A stretch of DNA of 44,315 nt from Planctomycetota bacterium (GCA_965223505.1 CBDCWP010000032.1:1-44315); one strand, 5' to 3'; counted from the first letter of the stretch, positions 17,798 through 27,521 are shown. Numbers and translations are program-made. Notes: generated by a model from the sequence alone, not told the origin.

Positions 17798-18447
17798 GCT
17801 TCCTCCGCGTAGACCTTCATCCACTTGCCCTGGCCCGTGCGACGAACGCCTCTGATCACGCCCTTGCGGATGAAGCCGGCAAGCGCCTTCACGGCGACCT
17901 CGTCGCTGAAGTAGTGGTGGTCGATCCCGCTCACGATCTCCTGGACCGTCACGGGCTCCTCCGCTTCACGTACGAACTGGACGACCTTGCGCGCGGTCAC
18001 CTGGAACTTCGTCATGTGGCCGTTCGAGGAGCCGGCGTCGGCGCCCCACTGCTGGTGAACACCTGTCAGAAGGCTGGGAAGCGTTGCGCCGTGAGGGATC
18101 TTCCTCGTCGGGCGCCAGATGACCTGATCGGCTCCGCCCTCGTCGACGTAGATCATGCCCAAGTCGAGTCTCTCGACGAGCGTTCGACGATGCGGAGCCG
18201 CGGGCCGCGGAACTGCGATACTGACCCGACTGCACTGAGGGCGCCAGTAGAGCGCCTGCTCGAGCACCCCGACGCCGTACTTCAACTTCGTCTCGATCAC
18301 CCAGATCACGGGGCCGCGCACCGCGACGATGTCCGCAACCGGACCACCCTCTTCAATCTGCACCTCAGGTGAGATCTCGAAGCCCTGGCCCTCGAGCCAT
18401 TCCGTCACGACCCTCGCGAGGTCGACCTCTGTGGCGAAGGCAACCAT
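17794..18447 (-). CDS. PD-(D/E)XK restriction-endonuclease-like protein
   Basis: FEISPEVQ...VADIVAVRGPVIWVIETK....LEQA. Confidence 0.7.
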   Translation of the reverse strand: MVAFATEVDLARVVTEWLEGQGFEISPEVQIEEGGPVADIVAVRGPVIWVIETKLKYGVGVLEQALYWRPQCSRVSIAVPRPAAPHRRTLVERLDLGMIYVDEGGADQVIWRPTRKIPHGATLPSLLTGVHQQWGADAGSSNGHMTKFQVTARKVVQFVREAEEPVTVQEIVSGIDHHYFSDEVAVKALAGFIRKGVIRGVRRTGQGKWMKVYAEEA

Positions 18448-18851
18448 CAGGCGGGCACCTCCGCGGGATACGCACCGCGCCAAGCTGACAGCGCATCCTC
18501 GATCGAGGGATGTCGGTTGCTGAAGCTGTCACCATCCCGAGTCCTGGGGTGAAGGCGAATCGTGAAGTAGCGGTTCGCGCGGGGAGAGATCTCGACGCGG
18601 ATGCAGTAGTCGTGAGCGAGGAACACCAGCCGCGTCAAGTCATTGAAATCGAAGGTAGACAGCGAGCCGCCGAATCGGATCTCGACCATCCAGTCACTCC
18701 ACTTCCCTTTCTCGACTTCGTCGGAGATGTGATAGATCCCGCGTGCCAGCTCGCCCAGCAGGTCGGCGACGCGCTTCTCGAAGTCGCTGAGCTCATCGCG
18801 CCCCACGTATTCAGGCTTCAGCCAGTCCGACCCTGCGTAGTGACGGTTCAC
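18447..18851 (-). CDS. Conserved phage hypothetical protein
   Basis: LSTFDFNDLTRLVFLAHDYCIRVEI...RHPSIEDA; overlaps both neighbours. Confidence 0.7.
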   Translation of the reverse strand: MNRHYAGSDWLKPEYVGRDELSDFEKRVADLLGELARGIYHISDEVEKGKWSDWMVEIRFGGSLSTFDFNDLTRLVFLAHDYCIRVEISPRANRYFTIRLHPRTRDGDSFSNRHPSIEDALSAWRGAYPAEVPA

Positions 18852-19129
18852 GACACTGCCTCCCCGGGAAGCTTCTCCCCCCGCTCATAGACAGGGATCC
18901 GCGCTCCGTTGCGGCCCTTGAACCTGCTCGCCTCACGATCGTTCGTGAAACGATCTGCGTTCTCGACGAACTGCTTCTCTCGCTTCATCCAGTCCCGCAG
19001 GTTGTTCGCACTGACTCGGTCGTACGCCTGCATCCACTTGATCAGCCACTCGTCCGCCGCTTCGGCCCAACGTCGGCGGACGTGAGAGTCGAAAAGACCC
19101 AGCTGCTTGAGCTCCGTGCGCGCGACCAT
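18848..19129 (-). CDS. Hypothetical protein
   Basis: Operon-packed, start/stop overlaps. Confidence 0.55.
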   Translation of the reverse strand: MVARTELKQLGLFDSHVRRRWAEAADEWLIKWMQAYDRVSANNLRDWMKREKQFVENADRFTNDREASRFKGRNGARIPVYERGEKLPGEAVS

Positions 19130-19464
19130 CACACCCCCGCAATCCACTTGACGAGGGACCAGCCGGCGAACCCCAGTGCGCCGATGAGCGCAAAGGCACC
19201 GAGCGCGATTGACAGGGCCATCCCGTTGAACTCGATCGATTCACTGGATCGACCCTGCCCACCCTTGAAGAGATCCCCGGCCCGGTCGCGTCTATCGGAG
19301 GGATCGTTGCCAGTGCTGGAGGCTTCTCCTTTCGCAGGAGTCCGGAGTTTGTGCGACCGGGCCGAGGGAAGAGATGAACCGGACCGACGACGACCGTGAC
19401 GGATCTCAGAAGAGCCCGCTTCCTCCACCATCGGCCGACCCGGTTCGAACTGGTCGTGACTCAT
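19129..19464 (-). CDS. Hypothetical protein with C-terminal TM helix
   Basis: ATGA overlap; hydrophobic C-terminus. Confidence 0.5.
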   Translation of the reverse strand: MSHDQFEPGRPMVEEAGSSEIRHGRRRSGSSLPSARSHKLRTPAKGEASSTGNDPSDRRDRAGDLFKGGQGRSSESIEFNGMALSIALGAFALIGALGFAGWSLVKWIAGV

Positions 19465-19706
19465 CGCGCGCTCCGAATCTGCTCGACCATCACGTCACCG
19501 TGCGAGTGGCGAAGCGCGTTGATCGTGCGAAGTACGAAGCCGATGTCTCCGTCGACATGGATCCAGCGATCCGTGTCCACCAGATCGACAACGGCCCACG
19601 TGAACTCAGAGCCCGGAAGTAGCGAGAAGACGAACTCGCCGTACTGGTACGCGCCGTCGGCGAGCTCCTGAAGGCGCGGCGGGACGAGGAACTTCTGGTC
19701 GCTCAT
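19461..19706 (-). CDS. Hypothetical protein
   Basis: ATGA overlaps both sides. Confidence 0.55.
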   Translation of the reverse strand: MSDQKFLVPPRLQELADGAYQYGEFVFSLLPGSEFTWAVVDLVDTDRWIHVDGDIGFVLRTINALRHSHGDVMVEQIRSAR

Positions 19707-19933
19707 GCCGCGCGCTCCAGATCGCGGATCGCCGTCCAGCCGCTCCACGACCGAGACGGAACCGGCATGGCCTTCGAGCTATGAAGCCGGTACGACAGCC
19801 ACCACAGGAAGCGACGGAGGCGGGTGTGGCCGGGATTTCGGATCACCTCGAAGTAGGCGAGATCGCTGTTTTCCTTGATCGCCAGATTGCCGTGGCGAAG
19901 GCTGCTTCGGAGTTTCACGCGGTACCACATCAC
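19703..19933 (-). CDS. Hypothetical protein
   Basis: GTGA/ATGA overlaps, ends ERAA like neighbours. Confidence 0.5.
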   Translation of the reverse strand: MMWYRVKLRSSLRHGNLAIKENSDLAYFEVIRNPGHTRLRRFLWWLSYRLHSSKAMPVPSRSWSGWTAIRDLERAA

Positions 19934-20561
19934 GCCGCACGCTCCTTCTCGTGCTTGGCGAACTCAATCGACTCGTCGAGGAACTGAAGGACCTTCTCGT
20001 GATCCGTTGCCGGGGAGTCGTTGAAGTGGTGAAGGCTTCCGCAGCGGTGATCCAGAACGTTGGCGGCTCCGTAGAGCAGCTCGTCGACGCCTCCGGCGGC
20101 GATGCGAAGCGCAGCCTCCATGCTCCAGCTGCATGCTGCGGGGGAGCGAATCGCAACGAGGTCCCCGACGCGATCGCGAGCCATCGCGCCCTTGCACCAC
20201 GATTCCGGGTCCTCTAGCCGGTCACGCATGCGGAGCAGGACCTCGACGATCGACTTCGGAGGAAGCTCCGCAATGGGTCGAAGCTGCGTAGAGATCTGAC
20301 ACCGACAGGACGGACAGATGAGCTTCGGCTGATACACCGGATCCATCACGACGATGCGCCGCGACGTCGCCTTGCTGAACTCGATCGCGCCTTTCCGAAG
20401 CAGCGCTAGAACGTGCTGGTGCGCGGGTCGACTCCCGGACGCGCAGCACCTCGGCGATCTCTCTGATCGTAGGAGAGACGCCTTCCTTGGTGACGCCGGT
20501 CACGGACGTACGCCATGACCTGACGTTGGCGCGGCGTGTACGTGAACGAGGGCGTGCTCAT
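19930..20561 (-). CDS. LexA-type DNA-binding domain fused to CxxC and DUF6197-like domain (indel-disrupted)
   Basis: TPRQRQVMAYV...GVSPTIREIAEVL...HQHVLALLRKGAI...SRRIVV continues in frame into MDPVY...CPSC...WCKGAMARD...FNDSPATDHEKVLQFLD. Confidence 0.65.
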
Positions 20562-20740
20562 GCGGCCCTCCGCTCACGCGCCTTGCGGGCCTCGCGCACG
20601 ACGCAGTACGGGAGAAGCACCCGCGGGACCACGGGGCCGAAGTAGCCTGTCGACATTGCGTGGTCGACAGCGCTGTTCGTCTTCATCTGCTCACCCAGGG
20701 CGAAGCCGATCGAACCGGGCCTGTACGGACGAGCCGTCAC
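20558..20740 (-). CDS. Hypothetical protein
   Basis: GTGA/ATGA overlaps. Confidence 0.4.
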   Translation of the reverse strand: MTARPYRPGSIGFALGEQMKTNSAVDHAMSTGYFGPVVPRVLLPYCVVREARKARERRAA

Positions 20741-21165
20741 GCCGCACCCCCGGAGATCTCTCGAGCAAGCGCTCGCACGTCGGGAATCTGCGGATTGCGC
20801 AGGAGCTTCAGCGCGTACTCGCCTTCCTCGCGGAGTTCGTCGGGGATCTCGATCTCGCCGGCCATCACGCGGTTGACGAACTCGAGCAGGCTGCTGATGC
20901 GAGTCGCGAGAACGGAGCGTCGACCTTCGAGCGCGAAGGCCTCGACCTCCGTGCACACGAATCGGAACTCACCCGATCCGGTCCAGTGTGGTTTGGCCGC
21001 GGCGAGGAGCTCGCCGGCGTTCGTCCAGTTGCGCGAGAACTCGTCCGGATTGGAGCCGAGGATCGCCGCTGCTTCGGAACGACGCAGCATGCGGAACGGA
21101 GTGGCGCCGCAGTGCGGACACGACTTCAGCTTCTTCTTGACCCGGCTCTTCTTCACGGAGGTCAT
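20737..21165 (-). CDS. Zn-finger/HTH (excisionase-like) protein
   Basis: CPHCG then MLRRSEAAAILG...WTNAGEL...GEFRF; RBS GGAGG. Confidence 0.6.
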   Translation of the reverse strand: MTSVKKSRVKKKLKSCPHCGATPFRMLRRSEAAAILGSNPDEFSRNWTNAGELLAAAKPHWTGSGEFRFVCTEVEAFALEGRRSVLATRISSLLEFVNRVMAGEIEIPDELREEGEYALKLLRNPQIPDVRALAREISGGAA

Positions 21166-21514
21166 GCCGCCCTCCGTGTGTCGCCCACATCGGCTACATT
21201 TGTCGGCCTAGCGCACGTTTCAAACGAGACAGACTGGACCGCGCCGTGGTGACACCCACGACGCGGCCCCAAGAACGGAGCCCCGTGCGCAGAAACCCCG
21301 CCCCTGAGTTCCAGTCTGGAAAGATCTCCCCGCAGTTCTTCGAGCGCCGCCTCGCCCACCACATGCGGATGGTGATCAAGCTGCTTCGTCGCGCAGATCG
21401 AGAAGGCTGGAATCTGCATCTCGACAGGGGGAGATGAGAGGTCGCAGCGGCGCCCGTTCGTCGCCCGGTTGGGTAGGCCGCGGACGTTCCGCGGTACCCG
21501 ACGGCAAACAGGTT

Positions 21515-21586
21515 CCAAGCCGGCGGGATTCGAACCCGCAACAGCAGGGGTTCCAGCCCTGCATGCCGCCGTTGCATCTCGGCCTG
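21515..21586 (-). tRNA. Atypical tRNA-like gene, anticodon GGA, short variable loop
   Basis: CAGGCCG-AG-ATGC/GCAT D arm-CAGGG CTGGAAC CCCTG-CTGTT-GCGGG TTCGAAT CCCGC-CGGCTTG-G. Confidence 0.75.
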
Positions 21587-21973
21587 GAGCACGCTGAGCG
21601 CTCAAGCGCCCTGGCTTTCGCCGCGCCGCGTGTCCGTCCACGCCGCGCCGCTGCGTATCGAAGGAAGCCGCCCGCGATCAACTGACCTGTGCGGGCTCTC
21701 CGCGGATTGCGGAGCACGGGGCGGCTCGACGTGGGCTCGGGGAATGTTCCCCAGAATTCCCGAGAAACGATGTCAGGTCGAATCGGCCTAGTTCGTACTC
21801 ACGGTGGGAATACGAAGTGTGTGGACGAGAAGGTGCAACCGCTGAGGGAGCGGGCGCAGGGACCGAACGGGTAGCTTCCCGGGCATCTCCGTCTCTGTGC
21901 TCGTCCCCAGCCTTCATGGGGAGGTGACCGTGGAAGGTCTCGACACTGACGTCTCGCTGGTCGACTGAGGGAC

Positions 21974-22270
21974 TCATGAGGTGGTCCCCTGCGCACGCGC
22001 CTTGGCGCGGACCAGCGCCGTAACCTCAGCCCGGCGCACGTATGTGCCGGCGAACGGGCCCGACGGAATCGCCCAACTCTCGGTGAGCCGTCCGGCCTTC
22101 AACTCGCGCCATACGGCCTGTTTGCGGGAACGGAGCTTGATCCCCTCGCGATCGGCCGTGAGTCGGCGGGCCGCGCTATCGATCCTCTCCCAAACCTGGG
22201 GATTGGGTTGGTCCAGCGCCTGTCGCTGTCGCGTAGCGGTCGTGTCGCTGTCGTGTCGCGGCTTGCCCAT
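21974..22270 (-). CDS. Cro/Xis-like first gene of early operon
   Basis: Divergent from repressor; basic ~98 aa; promoter immediately upstream. Confidence 0.55.
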   Translation of the reverse strand: MGKPRHDSDTTATRQRQALDQPNPQVWERIDSAARRLTADREGIKLRSRKQAVWRELKAGRLTESWAIPSGPFAGTYVRRAEVTALVRAKARAQGTTS

Positions 22271-22278
22271 CGGGGTCG

Positions 22279-22306
22279 AATATAGTTTTACCTCTATGCG
22301 ATTCAA
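22279..22306 (-). promoter_or_regulatory. Sigma70-type early promoter TTGAAT-N16-TATATT in divergent switch region
   Basis: AT-rich island between divergent regulators; imperfect inverted repeats ACCTCTATG/CATGAGAGGT and GTTTTAC/GTAAAAAC as candidate operators. Confidence 0.6.
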
Positions 22307-22382
22307 GTAAAAACTTCATGAGAGGTCTCGAGTTGGGATGGGGGTTGACGGGGCGATGCGTGTAGTGCGACAAGTGCGCCGA

Positions 22383-22793
22383 ATGGCCTCCAAACAGCAC
22401 GACGACGCGCCGGGCGTAGGGCTCAAGTTCCACGAACGCCTCGCGGATTGGATCTCAGGGGACCCGACAAGCAGGACGGTCGCGTCGATAGCGCGGGTCG
22501 CGGGCGTCACATGGCCGAGCGCGAATGCGTGGGTGAGCGGAGACGCCCTCCCGAAGGGGCGAAGCGCGGTGCTTCTCGCCGCCTACATCGGATGCGGCGT
22601 GGACGACCTGCTCGACGCAGGTCGTCCCTGGCCCCCTCGCGAGGATGATCCCATCGGCCTGATCCGGAGACTCGTTCCGGGTCTCTCGTCAGACGAGGTT
22701 GCAGAACTAGCCCGCCTGGCGGGCAAGCCCGACGAGCTCCGAGACTTCCTTCGCTATTCCCGCAGTCGCCGGAAGAAGGATGGCCAGTCATGA
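22383..22793 (+). CDS. XRE-family HTH repressor
   Basis: FHERLADW...TVASIARVAGVTWPSANAWVSGDALP...LLAAYIGCGVDDLL. Confidence 0.85.
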   Translation: MASKQHDDAPGVGLKFHERLADWISGDPTSRTVASIARVAGVTWPSANAWVSGDALPKGRSAVLLAAYIGCGVDDLLDAGRPWPPREDDPIGLIRRLVPGLSSDEVAELARLAGKPDELRDFLRYSRSRRKKDGQS

Positions 22794-23476
22794 CCCCGAG
22801 AGAGCGCGCGGAACTGGTTGCTGCTCTGCTTGAGATCAAGGATGACGGGCTGTCACTGACTCGTCCGTTGATCGAGCGGCGAACCAAGTCTGTTCCGCAT
22901 GGGGCGCTCAGTGCTCAGGTGCGCGTTGATTCTCGCGCTACTGTCGCTAGCGCTCTGCTCCGCCGCAGGATACGAGTGCTACCGGGCGGCGACCGGAGCG
23001 CGGCAGGACGCACGCCTGAACACGTCAGAGGAGCGCGACTGGGTCAAGTCCCTAGAGAAAGACCGGTCGCACTTCAGGCGCATTCTCCTCTCAGATGGGT
23101 ACATTCCTCCGGAGCGACTCCGGGTCTTCTTGGTTGAGCAGCGCGCAGGCCTACCGCGCACCCTCCAGATTGCGGAACCGCCTACGGCGGAGTCCATGGA
23201 GCTAGAGCTTGAGCGGGGCGGAAACGGTCGGTGCCGCGCTCGCCAACGTCATCAAGGCAGGCGCGTATGAGCCTGCCAAACGTGGGCGCAGAAGAGCTGG
23301 TGCCGTTTCTCCGGCACTGGAGCCCACGAGTCCGGTCGACGGTCCTCCAGGCGCTAGTTGCGATGCAGTGGTATCGCTTGTCCCCCGATACAATCGACTT
23401 CCTCGACGGCGACCCGGACGAGACCGTTCAGCAGGTCTGGCGCGTACTGAAGCGCAAGATGCGGGCGCCCAAATAG
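22790..23476 (+). CDS. Membrane-anchored hypothetical protein (split by indels)
   Basis: Coding-like segments in successive frames: TM LILALLSLALCSAAG; C-terminal SPRVRSTVLQAL...DPDETVQQ HEAT-like. Confidence 0.45.
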
Positions 23477-23492
23477 GAGAGGAGAGTCAACA

Positions 23493-23762
23493 TTGCCCGC
23501 CTTCAACGCAACCGCAAACCCCCCGAACCCGCACAGCCCTGGAGCCTCGACAATCACGCTCACGGGGGGCAGTGAGCATGGGTACCAGTGCGCCCAGATT
23601 CCTCCGCCGACGCCCGGAGTCACAGTCACGCGGCAGCAGCCTCCGAACGAGAACAAGTTCGATGTGGTGATCCCAGAGGGACTCGATCCGGACACGGTTC
23701 TCAGCTTCTACTGCAACGATAGCGAGCAGAACAACGAGACCGTGCCGCTGACAATCCAGTAG
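23493..23762 (+). CDS. Hypothetical beta-rich protein
   Basis: Strong RBS GGAGAGGAG, TTG start, 89 aa. Confidence 0.55.
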   Translation: MPAFNATANPPNPHSPGASTITLTGGSEHGYQCAQIPPPTPGVTVTRQQPPNENKFDVVIPEGLDPDTVLSFYCNDSEQNNETVPLTIQ

Positions 23763-23846
23763 ATGAAGGAGTGCCCCGCGTGCCTCGTTTCTGCAAGTGC
23801 TGCTGGGGCGCCGGCATGACGGGGGTGGCCAGGAAGGGGTCCGGGA

Positions 23847-24472
23847 ATGAGAGTCTGTGGGGGCGTGTGGGGAGATTCTCGAGGCCGCGAGCGCCTTCTG
23901 CCCGAGCTGCGGCGCGCCCACGGGCGCCGCGGCGCCGACACCGCAACAGCCACCGCCCCAGCCTCAGCAGCCCACCCAGGTCATCGTCGAGAAGGCCAAG
24001 CCGCCTGGATTTGGGAGCGGGTTCGGAATGGGGTGCGGATGCCTCACCGCGATCGTGGTTGGGCTCGTCGTGGCGCCGATGCTGATCATGGGCCAGTGCA
24101 CCGCGAGCGTATTCGAGTCCTCAATGAAGCGATCTGACCGGAGGCAGCGAGAGCAGGAGCGGTACGTCGACGCTCCCGTCATCTCCGCAGCCCGCCTTGG
24201 CCGCGAGTACCGCGAAGACGAGATGAAGGCCGACGCGGCCTACCGGAAAAGACGTCTGGTCATCACCGGCAAGGTGATCGAAGCCGACGTCCCTGTCAGA
24301 CCCTGCCTACGTCACGCTTGAAGCGGGCCCGTCGACGGTCAAGTGCGTGTTCATTCGCGACCTCGAGCCCACCACCATCAAAGGCGAGGCGGTACGCGTG
24401 GGAGGTATCTGCGGAGGCCTGAGGTCCGACAGCGAGGTTCGCGTGAGCGTATGCGTGCTGTTGCCAGACTAG
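23847..24472 (+). CDS. Zinc-ribbon/TM/OB-fold (tRNA_anti-like) membrane protein (indels)
   Basis: CGEILEAASAFCPSCG, GFGMGCGC TM, ISAARLGREYREDEMKADAAYRKRRLVITGKV...VKCVF...VRVGGICGG. Confidence 0.7.
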
Positions 24473-24473
24473 T

Positions 24474-24921
24474 GTGAGAGTACGAACGGTACAGCGCGGA
24501 GAAAAGCCGAGGCCCGGCGAGGACTGGCGCCGACCGAATGACAAGAAGGGCGTGGTTCGGGTCTGCGATCCAATGCCCTGGGCTACAAGGCCGTCCTTTG
24601 AGGACGTAGACGTGGGCCGGCGTGACGATGGACGGCCGCGAGCGAGTTTGTTTCCCGATTCGTTCGGGGCTCGAAGCGCAAGCTCCATCTCGTTCGAGAT
24701 CCCACCAACAAGCACGACAAGAACGCGGTTGCCGTGTACGGGTCGTGGGCTGGGTGGATGTTCCGCAACAAGACCATGCTCGGCTACGTTCCGCGAGATG
24801 TGGCGAGGAAGCTAGCGAAGATACCGAAGCGAACGAAGCTGTGCTACACGCTCAGGACGTTGTTCTTGCCTAGTAGGTCGATGAGCCCTGGATCCGGTTC
24901 GATGTCGGCGCGGACCGATGA
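24474..24921 (+). CDS. HIRAN-domain protein (indels)
   Basis: LHLVRDPTNKHDKNAVAVY...LGYVPRDVARKLA. Confidence 0.7.
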
Positions 24922-24937
24922 TGCGTCCTCTGTAGAA

Positions 24938-25177
24938 GTGCATGCACGCCGTGCATGCACGCCTCGCAAAGCCCCATTTGTTCAGTGCTGTTTTGCGCTC
25001 TAACCGCGCCGTCAATCGTAAGTAGAGCCCAGATAGTTGCGTGTTTGCGGGCGATCTTGCATGCGGATTATGAGTCCCTGCTCTAACCAGCTGAGCTACA
25101 GGCCCAAGGCTATTAATAGGCGTTTGCGGGCGATTTCGGGGGTGCGGAATTTTCACTGCATGCACATTTGCATGCAC
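24938..25177. other. attP with arm-type repeats
   Basis: TGCATGCAC pairs at 24938-24960 and 25157-25177; GTTTGCGGGCGAT at 25043 and 25122; flank a tRNA fragment directly upstream of the integrase. Confidence 0.8.
25065..25105 (-). tRNA. 5' half of tRNA(CAU), Ile2/Met type; att core fragment
   Basis: GGGCCTGTAGCTCAGCTGGTTAGAGCAGGGACTCATAATCC then similarity ends; no T arm or 3' acceptor strand. Confidence 0.85.
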
Positions 25178-25196
25178 GGTGCTATCGTCGGCCCCC

Positions 25197-26220
25197 ATGT
25201 CCGCATGGATTCTCCCCCGCGGTAAGCGTGGTGTTTGGCATCTGTTCTGGCGTGAGGGCGGCCGAGGAAGCCGAGCCACGTCGCGATCGCTCAAGACCAC
25301 CAACGAGCGCGTCGCCAAGCAGCTCCTGCACGAGTTCAAGGTCGCCCGCGGCGAAGCAGATCTCCAACGGTCGTCCGCCCTCCGAGGCCCGGGAGCGCTT
25401 CTTCAGGCACCTGGCCTTCCTCAAGCGTAGCCCGGACACGATCAGATTCTACGAGCAGAAGCTCGGGCCGCTGTTCGACGCCTGGGGCGAGATCCCGCTC
25501 CATCGCTGGTCTCGGTCGATGCTCGAGGCGCACCTCGCAGAGCGCACGTGGGCGCCCCGTACGACGCAGATGTTCCTGGGCGCCTGCCGGCGCTTCCAGC
25601 GCTGGTGCGACGACAGCGGGATCGAGTGCGCGGACTTCGTCGGCAAGCTGCGCGGGCCGGCCGTCAGGGCGAAGGAGCGCGCGACGCCTCACCGCGGACC
25701 AGGTCGCCGCGCTCCTGGAGCATCGCCACGGGCACTACCTAGAGTTGGCGATCGCGCTCGGCGTGTTCGCCGGGCTCTCGCTCGGGGACCATCCGGGCGC
25801 TCGAGTGGGACGACGTCGATCTCGACGTCCGCCTGATCAACAAGAGCCGGTCCAAGACCGGCATCCCGATCAGAGTTCCGATCATCCCGCAGCTCGATGA
25901 GATCCTCCGCCGACATCGGGCCGTTTCGGGGCCGGTGTGCCGCGGACTGCCCGGTGTCCGACTCGTCGCTCTCCAAGGCCCTGCAGCGCGCCCAGGAGGC
26001 CGTCGGGATCGAACGAGCGCCCCGCGGCCAGAACGGCTTCCACCGCCTGCGACACACGTTCGCGACGCGGCTGGGAAGCCTCGGGGTCCCCCACGGAGCG
26101 ATCCGCCGCCTGCTTGCGCACGCACCCGGGAGCTCGATGACAGATCAGTACGTGCAGAGGGACGATTCGCAGGATCGAGCGGCCATGGCAGCGCTTGCCG
26201 AGGCTATGAGGGCGCCCTAG
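25197..26220 (+). CDS. int: Tyrosine recombinase/integrase (split by about four indels)
   Basis: N-terminal arm-binding domain (RSLKTT), SAM-like domain, ALEWDDVD, RSKTG, FHRLRHTFAT, LLAH...MTDQY. Confidence 0.9.
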
Positions 26221-26231
26221 GCCTTGGGTCC

Positions 26232-26270
26232 GGTCCCCGGCGCCGATGGATGCGCCGACGCCCGGGGACC
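26232..26270 (+). terminator. Hairpin after integrase
   Basis: GGTCCCCGG...CCGGGGACC just after the stop; no U-tract. Confidence 0.4.
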
Positions 26271-26589
26271 ACCAGAAACGTCGTGTGCCTGACCGGGGTA
26301 GGCCCGTGCTACAAGACTTGTCGGCCGAGAAGGGCCTGAGCCGGGCCCAACTCGGAAACCGATCTGCAGAACCAGATCGAAACGCGACCTACTGATCTTA
26401 CGGACAGGAACGACAGTCGCGGGACGGGGCAGGGAGAGCAGAACGGATTGCTCTCTGACACCCCTGATCAGACGTGGACCGAAGAGAGGTCCCGGCACCC
26501 CCGCTTCCTTCGAAGCACCCAGCGCCGTGGGTACACGGCTGCCTGCGTGAACGCAGGAGTGAGGAGGTGATGTGCATGCCGAAACCCGG

Positions 26590-27486
26590 TGCTGGGTCAG
26601 TTTGAAATCGCCTGTTATCTTGGGCTCTTTGTCCCTATTCCATGCGGGTAGGAGGCCGATCAGGTCCTTTGTGGTCCAGACGCGACTGGTAAGCCCGTTG
26701 GCCATCGCGGGTGTCGCGCCGTTCAGACTCTCGTGCTTGCTGCACCAGTTGTAGTGCGTGTAGTGCAGGTTGAGGGCGTAGCCGAAGTTCTCGACCTTGC
26801 GGCTGTGGCCGTTGGTGAGGCGAGTCATGCGGCGCATGCCCATCCTGAGCCCCAGGTTGAAGCGCTCGACGTAGGACGTGCTGGCCTCGGCCACCTTGGG
26901 ATTGCCGCAGACGCGCTCGCGCTTGACGTTGGTGACGATCGGCGGCGAGTAACGGTTGTCGACACCACTCCAACGTCTGTTGGGCGTGCTGAAGTTCTTG
27001 ACGACGCGGGGCGTAGTCCACGTCCCCACCGAAGGCCACGACGACGCCTGTGTGGTACGCCCTTAGCCCGTCCGTGTTCAATGTGATGCGGTGGGCCCAG
27101 CCGCTTTTGTAGGTCGCACAGCAGCGCCATGGGCTGCCTCTTGGTCGCGGTTGCCGAGCACCCAGGACGGGACGATCTTCGTGTCCATGCACAGGGCCGT
27201 CCAGACCCACACGTTGCCATAGCCGAACACGCCCTGCTTGTCCCGAGGCACGTTGCGCTCCTTCATGCCGCAGAACGCCCACGCCTCGTCGGCTTGAATG
27301 TGTGTGCAAGGGCAGATTGCGCAGCCGCTCATGCTGAAAGAGGCCGCAGGCGATCCCCACGTCCCGGCTCAGCTTCTGAATCGTGTTCTTGGCTGCGCCC
27401 GCAATCCGCGACGTGGCACGAATGCTCATGCCTTCCACGAGACACGACAGAATCTGCGCGCGTCGCCTATCGCTTAGTCGATTCAT
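26590..27486 (-). CDS. IS1-family DDE transposase (indels)
   Basis: LVEGMSIRATSRIAG HTH; IQADEAWAF; WVWTAL; NTDGLRAY; STSYVERFNLGLRMGMRRMTRLTNGHSRK. Confidence 0.9.
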
Positions 27487-27492
27487 AATGAC

Positions 27493-27521
27493 ATTATGCT
27501 TGAGCGATCAAGCAATGTCAA
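27493..27521 (-). promoter_or_regulatory. Transposase promoter TTGACA-N17-CATAAT with palindromic operator in spacer
   Basis: Near-consensus hexamers; TGCTTGA-N4-TCAAGCA overlaps spacer; ATG 6 nt after the -10 (leaderless). Confidence 0.8.

Noticed and set aside
25030..25105. Complete or intron-containing tRNA(CAU)
   Set aside because: No T arm or 3' acceptor strand found nearby; arm repeats and the adjacent integrase explain it as an att core
26217..26587. C-terminal extension of ORF 26217-27029 beyond the IS end
   Set aside because: Transposase frame simply runs through the IR into flanking DNA; no coding character
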